Under the pieces are notes generated by a model. It saw only the letters and a list, made by a program, of their open reading frames with translations. It did not search any database and was not told the DNA's origin. Positions 43,460 to 53,229 of a stretch of 64,000 nucleotides of DNA are shown piece after piece. Position 1 is the stretch's first letter, and each line of letters opens with the position of its first letter. The stretch is from Balanoglossus misakiensis (Eukaryota > Animalia > Hemichordata). Both the position numbers and the translations under genes were made by a program. The stretch spans positions 529,468-593,467 of the forward strand of contig CM082596.2 in NCBI GenBank assembly GCA_040954595.2. Direction: 5' to 3'.

Positions 43460-46400
43460 TGTCAATCATGCTTTCAGAAGGCATGTGAAAAGGAGCGCAT
43501 TTCACAGTGCCTTTTCAGATTGACCGAATCACAAGAAGCCGCCAGGACTGAAATTTGAATATGCAAATGACTCCTATCGTTGTATCAGAGCGCGTTTATC
43601 ACCCTTGCCGATCTCAAAGTGCGCCGCCCAAGCTAATGATTATATCAATAGATACGAGGCGCAAATAGACTCCAACAATAGTTGGTAGTGTCGTAGTGAG
43701 TAGGTGTTCGACGAGCTCTCAAAGGGGAGCGACATTTTACGGAGTCGATAAGAAGCAGCCCTGAAAAATCGACCTATTTCCAGAGTAACTCAAATGGATA
43801 GTAAACCGCCCACTAAACAGCGCAAAATAACACTTGGTTTTCTGAACGTCATTGGGACCAGGAATTATTACATGTCTGTTTCTCTGGTTACTAGTGCCAG
43901 TGACTGTCGAGATTTTGTGCAAATTGATCGATCATGTTACAGTTGGTTGATAATCTGGGCGGACAGTTCGGTTCTAAATGTTGAGACATGATAATCATAA
44001 GTTTTACCATCGGTTCATTGTGAATTGTTGGATGACGGGGAAAAACTCGCCAACTTCGTGACTAGCTTCATCTGACAGAAAACAAGATTTCAATCCAGTT
44101 GCCAGAAATGTCACAGTGACGGTTTCTTTGACGGGGTGGGGGATGGGTGGGGGCACAGTGACGGTTTGTTTGACGGGGTGGGGGATGGGTGGGTGATGGT
44201 ACCACCAAAGCCGACACAGACACGCCGCTCTCGTTGACACGTTCATTGTTCCCGGATATCAAAGCGCGCCGCCAAGTGTCAATCACCTCAGATAGAGACA
44301 TCGTTAGCAGGTTTGCCTTGTGAGTGTCACAGTTTGTCTGGAATTTATGTTCATTAGTTCACACACAGTGACAATAGATCCACGATTTTCTCGAAGCAAA
44401 AATTTAATGCTAGTATTTAAACTTATTACGTTTATTGAAACAAGACAAATTTTAGCAAAGTTCAAGGTATATAGGATCTATCTTCAATTCCATGAGTTGC
44501 CATGGTTTCAACCATAGGTTTCCGGAGCGACCCTAATCTAGCTTAGCATCAGGCGCCGATGCACAGGTCCATGGTCACATACGAGATTCTCCACACACCG
44601 TATCTCTTTTCCATTACTAGCGCGCCAGATGGAAAAGGCGATTAAGAAATACATAGTATTCGATGGTGGTTTGGTTTTATGGGATAACCCATGGATAACA
44701 ACGACCTGTGTTTGAAATGGCGAGGTGTATAAGTATTTGAACTGGCAATTACCTGTGTCAATAAAAGACAAGATGGAAATCTTAAGTAAACAAATGGATT
44801 ACTATATGCCCAAAGGTCCGTTGATAGTGGGTCATGTAATAGTGGTGGTTGAATTTTGCAATAATGAATTCGACTAAAAATACATCCAAAGCAATAATGA
44901 CACATTGTAAGGGTGTTCAAACACATATTGTAATTATACACAGAGCAAGAACCTGTTGTGGCCTCGAAATATTGTATTGGATTTTTTTTATTGGTAATTT
45001 TACGTTATCTATCTCTCGCGGCAAGGATCACAATCGCTGTATGAAGGAACCCCAATGCGAAGACCCAGGTTTTCGTTCGTTTGGCAGTGATCAGATGAAA
45101 CGACGCCGCCACAGTTGAAAATTGAATATTCAGCCATAATGGAGAGGTTGCGTTGGTGTGTGTTTATCGCCTCTGCCGATCTCAAAGTACACCGCCCAAT
45201 AATTATAGAGATGAACCCTGTAGGTAAATGCTATGCAACAATGGTAGAAACAGCGTTCTCTCACCGAGGGAGCACGGATTTTATAATCACGTGCTAGCAA
45301 AAATACCGAAAGTGGCACACATATTTCAAAGGGCACATCTCACCCTTGAAGAATTGAAATATGAAGTAAACTTATTCGTTAAAAATAGTGGCCTAATGGT
45401 AATTTTATTTTGTTTTAAAATACCTATGCTTTGTGCATGTATAATTACAATCCAAATACCCGAACCATTCGTTGCCTGTATCCCAAATTGCAATGCAACT
45501 CCAGACCACCTACGATGATTGAAATACGCCGCCATACGCGCCGGGAAATTGAAACGCTGTGATACGCGCTGTTCCGTTCCATATCCTTCGCTTCTCTTTC
45601 GGGATAAAATATTCGGGCACTCTTTCATTACGCTATATGTGATTTTATCGTGTAGTTATAAATAGAAAGAAACTGATTGTGTTCGTATGTGTATAGGTAT
45701 ACGTTTCTTGTGTTGTAGGGGAGAGATACGTACATGAAAATCACCGTTGTCAAGGAATAGTTCGAATGTAGCGATGTGGTCTACAATGGAAAACTGGGTG
45801 CCGGGAAACCCAGTCTGGTTACCTGTCAATCATTATGTTCATTTGTTTAGAAGGTTGGGTGTGGGCCGGAAAGTTTGTCTCGGCAAGCTAAGATCTGAGG
45901 AAGCCGACTAAACCGGCCACATGCATATGTAACGCGCGGTAGTATGTTTATCTCGTTAAGCCAACATCAAAGCGAACCGCTTAGTGTCAATCACCATACT
46001 TAATAGTATGTGTAAATGGTTGAACGCATTCAGCCAATTTGCCAGCCAGTTGTGTACAACAGTTTGTCTGAAATATATGCACATTAGCTAACACTTCAAG
46101 ACATTCATGTCTACAAAAGTTTCAAACTTCGACCTTCCAACAACGCTTTGCAGTAATCAATATTAAAAATGTCACAATTTCCGGGATATATTTCTACACG
46201 ATTGCACAATTCTGACGACTAGCAAAACTGTGTACGTCCCCCTTACAAGATAGTAAATCATTATTGGGTAAAATTGACGGAAATGAAGGACATTCCCGCC
46301 CCTGACAGTTACGTCAGATATTGAAACCGACGTCCTTATCGTATCACAAGGTAGAACACTGGGTCTGAATGTTAATGCACAGGCCCTGGATACCAGGGTC

Positions 46401-47351
46401 TTGGGTTTTAGTCAGGCCTGGGTTTAGTGTAACTATAGAAATGAGAACTGAACGAAAATGTCACCGTATTGTCGCTAGTGTTATTTAATATAAACAAAAC
46501 ATATCACATTTCAATTCAATTCACACGAAAAACAGTCTGACCTGACCAAGGAGAATTTTATAATGTACATAGATAGTATTCGGAAATTTGATTAAGTATT
46601 ACTTGAAGGAATAGTCTTTTCCCCGAGCATTTCTACGGCTAGAGCTATAGCCTTCCAGACCCCCTATGGAAAACCAGACATACAGTTTTCCTGGGTGTCA
46701 GACCTTAGCTGTGTTGGGTGATTATCACCGAAGGAAGTGTCCCAGTCGGCAGGGCACAAAGGTCAACGCTATCTGTCAATCAAGGATTACCAGTGTTTGT
46801 GAGGTTGGACGGAGGTTGGTGTGAATCTTTCATCAATGGAACATCAAGGCGAGCCGCCAATTCTACCTATTCATGCCCTTTAATGCTGGACATTCACGCG
46901 CTATACATGCGTCCCATTGAGCGCGGACTCAAAGATCACCGCCCCAATGTCTATCAAACAACTGATAAACCCGAAGAGTAAATGGCGTGTCTGTTACCGA
47001 TCTCAGAGATGGCTGCCAATAGAAACCACAGAAAACACACACAAGATTCATGTCCCCAGTTGCATTATCACATCACAGAAACAGACTGTGACGTTTGTAT
47101 GTCAGTTTCGGGGACAGTATACATGTATATACATTGTATATTAATTAAAAGTGAATCGTTCGTGTATATACTCCAAAAAATAAAATAATCGGCAAAACTC
47201 CTTGGACTTGTCGGTGAATTTTTGCCGTGTTTCTGCTTCTGTCGGCTTACACCAAGCGCGCCACCACAGTTGTTGGGTATTTGCATATTTTAACACTCCT
47301 TGAGTATAATTGCAATCGGCGAACATCAGAAGAAATCTCCGATGTCAATCA
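43460..47351 (+). promoter_or_regulatory. Putative Wnt-responsive Sp5 enhancer cluster (TCF + helper + PBX/MEIS-type motifs)
   Basis: Six TCF-like heptamers each followed by 3 nt and RCCGCY, plus six same-strand TGTCAATCA nonamers (details in findings). Confidence 0.6.
44112..44193 (+). repeat. Tandem duplication of a 42-bp G-rich unit
   Basis: CACAGTGACGGTTT(C/G)TTTGACGGGGTGGGGGATGGGTGGG twice, one mismatch. Confidence 0.92.
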
Positions 47352-49069
47352 AACTATGCTGCCAAAAGACGGCAAGGGCTTCGACCTACACGTGCAGCAC
47401 AAACATACCTTCCCCCGATAGAAAACAACGATTGTAAGCCATATATTATATCTCCGACAACTGCGCGCTATCAAAACGCAATAAATTCTACCCACACTTA
47501 ACACATAATAAAAACGTCACCCTCTGCAATATCAAACACGAAAACCCTCATAATTGCACGAAAATTGGTTAATAGCCGTTGGGGAGGAGTCCTTGGACCA
47601 AATAGTATTGAGATCATAATTGCCACAAACCTGTGACATGTTAATCACTGACAACTGTAAATTCTGCTTGTATTTACCACAGCCGCTCTGGTTTTAGAGT
47701 TGGTGAGATGATTTACTTCCATGGTGAGATCTATGCTTGATGCGTAAAAGGCGGTTGCTCACAAAAAAGCCTCTATACCAATTGAACTTTTGACCTCCCT
47801 TTCCCATTTGCCGACGAGATAAACACAAATCTCGCGATCAGTTGCGGCGGAAGTGAAAAGAGCAGCAAATAAAAATATTTTCCTCGGGGCGATTAAAATG
47901 CGTTCAACTGAAATTTGAAGATCTGTTGAGATTGTCCGTTCAAACGAGAGACAGTCGGCGTTCATACCAGGTTGATGATTTATGGAGAAAATGGTTTCTA
48001 TGGAGAGCTTGAGAAGGAATGACCACAACTTCATCATCTGTCGCACGGTGGTTGTTCCGTTTGACTGACATTATTTGAATAGCAACGTCACTGCCATTTG
48101 AAGTCTGACAATTGGGAGGAGAACGGGCGGGGACGACACGACCAACCAACCTCCGGCAATATCTGAGACCCGTTGTCGTAAACAAAACACAATTTATATA
48201 AAAGCGTCCGTGATTCAAACTAAACTAACACTGTAAGCATGGTTAAAGATAGCCAGTGGCTTTGCTGCAATAATGCGGGTCTGAAACATGGGAAATTATG
48301 CGATCGACTGGTAATGATAGACTACGCAGTCGCTTCGTGTGTGTTCGACCACAAAGCGGTACTTTGTGTACACCCCACTGCTTTGCCGTCGCTACAATGA
48401 TACACTATGAATTATCATATGTATATTTCAAATGTATATTTCAGAAATAAAGATTGCTTCCCTGAAAGAGAGAAACATACATGTTCGGTCTGTTTTTCTG
48501 TAATCTATGGTTAATGGACTTTTGTGGAGATACACTGTTGACAACACAGTGCCCTTTAAATAGTGGATAACATCGCAAAACCCTTACAGATGTGTATTAA
48601 ATTGCAGTTTCTGATACGATGTCCAACAACCCACAAAGCTGTCAGGGAGATCGGCTCCGACAAAGTCGTCTCTTGCTCAAGCGTTTTTTCTTTCTGTCAC
48701 TGTTCAGCAGATGCTGTGTGTTTGTTCAGCTCCTGACTGTATTAGTCCATTGTTGGATCACGCATTATGGCATCCACTTTTATCCCTCTGTAGTCTGCCG
48801 ACAAAGTACGTATTGAAACAGTATTCCTGGCAAAACCCTGCCGAGCGAGTAAAAAAAATAACATTCTCTGGTCTGTGGTTATCAGGCCGTTCCCCGTACG
48901 CAACACCGCCTTTCGCAGTGGCTCGACAGCGAAACAGAGATGAGCACCGGCTTTGGTGTAAGTTTGCCTTCGGGCGACTATAAATCATCAACGGACGAGA
49001 GTTCAAACACACGCGAGTAGGGCAAGCCTTTGCCACTCGTTGGAGTATTCAAGTTACCAGCGGCTCCCC

Positions 49070-49560
49070 TTGGTGGGCGGCGAACTTTTATCTCTTTGTC
49101 AATAGGGATATAGTGAGAGAGAAATTAGCCTTCAGTGAACTACCATAGCACGGAACAATAACATGCAGCATCGCCTTATCTCTTAATCGAGTCCCTTGTC
49201 AAAATTAGCCAATCAGGATTGAGGAATGTCGGCTAGACTCCTCTGATGCCGTGAATCCAATTTGCAAAGTGTATAGAAGTGGCACCCGGCGATTAGTTCA
49301 TTAAGTTGCCCGCCTTTTGTCCCGCCTTGCCCAGCCCACGTAATAATCGCTTCTATTATACGTGTCAACAAACACACAGCAGGCCCTTTGTCAGCACAAA
49401 AGATTCAATTTCCTTTCAAATCACCCGCTAGTTTGCGTTAATTGGCTAGCGGCAGAGATGAGAGGCAGCCTACTGGTTGCTGATTGGCCGGCGGTGCTTC
49501 AAAGCAACCCGTTTGTCTCTGAAGTGTTACCGCCTATTCACACTTTCAGTGTACAAATTG
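49070..49560 (+). promoter_or_regulatory. Putative Sp5 proximal promoter
   Basis: GC boxes (GGGCGG about 49075; CCCGCC twice at 49309-49326), CCAAT boxes (about 49209, 49441, 49483) and TCF-like sites (CTTTGTC; TTCAAAG 49498-49504) just upstream of exon 1. Confidence 0.6.
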
Positions 49561-49718
49561 GACAGCTCTGGGAGGAGAACTGGCATAACTACCCTACCCA
49601 CACTCGTGTTCACAACACTGTACTACACTCAGTGCCAAAGGCTAGGTTCCAACGTCCCACCGATCAACCAAAGCAGTATTTCTGCCGTGGAAAATTTATT
49701 GCCAACACATCGATCATT

Positions 49719-49769
49719 ATGGCCAGGCAAGGAGCTGCCATTACATTACCAAACTCACAGTTCATTCAG
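49719..49769 (+). CDS. Sp5: Sp5/buttonhead coding exon 1, MARQGAAITLPNSQFIQ
   Basis: 17 codons ending FIQ followed by donor CAG|gtacgt. This resembles the human SP5 first coding segment (MAAVAVLRNDSLQAFLQ). Its phase 0 fits the acceptor at 49997. Confidence 0.8.
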
Positions 49770-49997
49770 GTACGTACTGATCCAGAGTCGCACAGCAGTG
49801 CAACTGAGTTCCCAGTTAATGTCCACCGTTTATCGTTCTAAACCACAATTTCTCTTATTTAGCGAGAACCAAAACCCAGGATCTGTTGAGTGAGTTAGAT
49901 ATTTTACGACTGTTAAGTGTACTTTGGTGTTTCAATCACTAGACTCGTAATTCTCTTCAATACAAATCTGACCGTATTTTTTTTATCTCTATTACAG

Positions 49998-51143
49998 CAC
50001 CCAGCACCAAGTTCAACCGATCTGAACAAACCGAGTCCGCTGGCTCTGTTGGCCGCAACTTGCAGTCGCATTGGTCAACCCGAATTGGCCCCACAACAAC
50101 CACCCCAACCACAACCCCAGCAGCAACGGGCGCAACCGTCTCCGGTCCCGGTACAGACAAGCGCACCAATGGTTACCGTCACACCAGCCCTTCCCGAGCA
50201 GAGAGGGATCTTCCATCCGTGGAGTTCAACACCAAGTCCCGTGGCTCCAACTACCACTATGTTCCCCTCCGCCCACAGTCCAATCGCTGCTTCTATGGCT
50301 CCGATTCCTCACGTCATCAACCACCATCATCATCTATCACCAACGCCCGGTACAACTATGCTACCCGGACATCTCGCTGTCTCCGTGCCTGCCGCGCCGT
50401 GTTCGCATGAGTTGCCTCCAACTCCACCAGCAGAACCGATCTACGCTTCTGGTTTTCCCTTCGAACTGAACACTAGTCCAGTTAAGTTTCTGTCACACAG
50501 CGGTGTGTGTTCCAGTGCGTTCACCAGTCCGATCGTGTCCGCGGCTCACTTCGCCCATGCACACCAGCCTGTCCCGCAGCATAGACCCGTCTTCGAGGAC
50601 GCCAGTCGTATTCCGTGGTGGAGCGTGGAATCTCAGAAGTCCCACCCATCTCTGACTCCCGCCGTTTCGCCTACCAGTTTCTGTGTCCAGCCCGTTGTCT
50701 ACGGTTCTTCACCGGCCTATCCGTTACCACTCGGTGGTATGGTGTCAGCTCGTCCTTCCATCGCTTCAGCTCGTCGTTGCAGAAGATGTCGTTGTCCAAA
50801 CTGCGTCAACGCTTCCAACACGAACAACCCCAACAAGAAGAAACAGCACATCTGCCACATCCCCGGCTGCGGTAAAGTCTACGGCAAGACGTCCCACCTC
50901 AAGGCGCATCTCCGTTGGCACACCGGCGAAAGACCGTTCGTCTGCAACTGGTTGTTCTGCGGCAAGAGCTTCACGCGTTCCGATGAGTTGCAGCGTCACC
51001 TCCGCACTCACACCGGCGAGAAGCGTTTCGTCTGCTCCGATTGCGGCAAGAGATTCATGCGAAGCGACCACTTATCCAAGCACGTGAAGACACACAGCAC
51101 CAAGAAGACGAAATCCAGCGACAAGCCAGAGGAGTCACAGTGA
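49998..51143 (+). CDS. Sp5: Sp5/buttonhead zinc-finger transcription factor, exon 2 (full protein about 398 aa)
   Basis: Acceptor tctctattacag|CAC. Contains Sp box [14 protein letters not shown], Sp5-diagnostic [11 protein letters not shown]...SPVK and IPWWS, Btd box [11 protein letters not shown], and three C2H2 fingers starting [18 protein letters not shown] with [12 protein letters not shown]. Confidence 0.96.
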   Translation, partial: HPAPSSTDLNKPSPLALLAATCSRIGQPELAPQQPPQPQPQQQRAQPSPVPVQTSAPMVTVTPALPEQRGIFHPWSSTPSPVAPTTTMFPSAHSPIAASMAPIPHVINHHHHLSPTPGTTMLPGHLAVSVPAAPCSHELPPTPPAEPIYASGFPFELNTSPVKFLSHSGVCSSAFTSPIVSAAHFAHAHQPVPQHRPVFEDASRIPWWSVESQKSHPSLTPAVSPTSFCVQPVVYGSSPAYPLPLGGMVSARPSIASARRCRRCRCPNCVNASNTNNPNKKKQHICHIPGCGKVYGKTSHLKAHLRWHTGERPFVCNWLFCGKSFTRSDELQRHLRTHTGEKRFVCSDCGKRFMRSDHLSKHVKTHSTKKTKSSDKPEESQ

Positions 51144-51357
51144 TTTCATCGTTCTTGAACTCTCTTTGAGAAAGGACTCATTTTAAACAGTACTTTTGTT
51201 GCGTCTTTTTGAATTCGAAACCCACCGATACTGTGAATTGTACAGTAACCCCTTTCTGAACTTATTTATTGTGTACATTGCGATATTTTCGGTATTTGCC
51301 AAAGTTTCTGTACTTTTTGACATCCCATGAGATGGGATAATGCATTATAACTTTTGT

Positions 51358-51363
51358 AATAAA
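51358..51363 (+). terminator. Candidate polyadenylation signal of Sp5
   Basis: AATAAA about 215 nt after the stop codon, followed about 45 nt later by a GT-rich tract. Confidence 0.55.
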
Positions 51364-51404
51364 ATGATGAAATGGAGAGTACCTCTCGTGTTAGAAAGTT
51401 CTGT

Positions 51405-51405
<1 letters not shown>

Positions 51406-51441
<36 letters not shown>
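51406..51441 (+). repeat. (GT)18 microsatellite
   Basis: Direct reading. Confidence 0.97.
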
Positions 51442-51444
<3 letters not shown>

Positions 51445-53212
51445 AATGGATAATGCATGTTACGAGTGATAAAGTCCCGTGATCGGTTCCTTCTTCTACC
51501 AAGACTTCGACCCGATATCGATGCAACAATCAGAAACAGCAGATCAACCACACTGTCACGATTTCCAAATTTCCAGCAGATTGTCTGTGGTATAATAGAC
51601 GCCGTTGGTGAAGTTGGCGACGTCGACTTCAGTTTTTTGCCTGGGATCTGAGACCCGTCGCTTATAAATACAGTGTTCTCGTCCTCCCCAGATATGATCG
51701 CTTTACTTCGACCACGTCCTTGCTTGTCTCAGTTGTTAGAATATGTTGATAACATCTTCGAGCCTTGACTTTCAGAAAATATCGTTCCTGACCGTGTTGT
51801 TGCACGACTCAAAATCGTAATCGCGATCCGAAACGGCAGGAGTTCTTATCTCTGTATCAAATAGCAAACCCGATGCAATCAGTACGGACAGAAACCCTGG
51901 AGCCATTCGGAAAACGGGTGCGACTCAAACTCACGGCCAAACGAGCCTTTGGCGAAGTCGCATGATTAATTATAAAACCGATTGCTTCCCTGATGAAAAC
52001 CAGGCCGTTTTGAGACTGGACGTGATGCACAATTTATCAAATTTTCATGAAACGACATGCCCTTTTCTTCTACGACCAGACTGGTCGACGGGAAGAATCT
52101 TTTGCACAAAAAAAACAGTTTTGTCAAGCTACTGCACTTGCGAAATCATAATGATAATAAATTTTGGTAAACGGCCATGGTAACAATCGACCATGGGGGT
52201 AATCGTCAATCGAACCGCCAACGTTGCTATGACAAAATCCACTTATTCTTAAAAAAGAATAAGCAGCAAAAAAACACGTAGAAGGCAAATTGGATTTCTC
52301 CTCCTTGAGGTCGCAACACACAATTTGGTGAACCAGGGCAGCCATAATTTCAGGTATTTGACTAGCAACCAGCAGTCACCTCTCTGACCACGTGGCATCG
52401 ACAGGCTTTACATTTCAACTTCGTTCTTTTCTATCATTAAAACGCATTCCCTATTGTTTCTTTGAAACCGTTAAGTTTGAAGTCATCCTTGATATCGCAC
52501 CAAGCCACATAAGGAAGAGAAACAGCAATCCAATTAACAACAGCAACCATGACAACGTCCGCGGACAGCGGTGAAAGAAACCTAGATAATAGCAACCGAA
52601 CTTTTATCGAAAGAGGATTTGCCAGAACATGGCAACTTCTGAAAAACTCGCTGCTGAAGCTCACAACACGGGACATAGTCCACTAGCAACGGTATCTTCA
52701 CCCATCTGTCGCCTTGGTAACTGGGATCCACCCTCTGCCGTCGGCAACCATGACAACACCGACACATTACAAAATACGAATTTCAAACATTTAATTTTTG
52801 TCAGTGAAATATTTAAAGATGCCGGCACTTTGAGGATTTACGGAAAGCTACCCGATAACCATGACAACCCAAAGACAGGATAGGCTTTGGTCGCTTCGTT
52901 CGCAATCAGATCATCAAAAAATTTGGCTTTTTTATCGGAAGTCGCCGTTCTTCGATTTTGACAGACTGGTTTTTCAGACTGGTGGGAAACTGGTTGTAGT
53001 AGTCTCTTGTGAACTTATCCACATAGTGGAGGGATGAAGCATTGATAGCGGAATTAAAGAATGAATTCAAAACGCCGGCTCCATGTCCCTAAGTGTTCAC
53101 AGTAGGCTCCAAAAAGGCACCGAAAGGAGATTGCTAAAATCGCCGCGGGCTGTGTGTGAAAACCGCCGCCGCCGCTTTTGCCATCGCAACAGCTGCTGAC
53201 ATCAGATGAGTA

Positions 53213-53229
53213 CAGCGCCATCTGGTGGT
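53213..53229 (-). promoter_or_regulatory. CTCF core motif CCACCAGATGGCGCTG
   Basis: Full match to the CTCF consensus on the - strand, between the Sp5 and Myo3 3' ends. Confidence 0.65.

Noticed and set aside
43460-47351. CRISPR-like interpretation of the recurring motifs
   Set aside because: Eukaryotic context, irregular spacing of hundreds of bp, degenerate units and no cas genes.
49917-49997. GTG-initiated N-terminus of the Sp5 ORF given in the track
   Set aside because: This is intron and polypyrimidine tract; the spliced ATG exon at 49719-49769 fits Sp5 gene structure better.
49957-51087. Overlapping alternative-frame and antisense ORFs within Sp5, and similarly within Sp6-9
   Set aside because: Shadow ORFs of GC-richer coding sequence with no recognisable domains.
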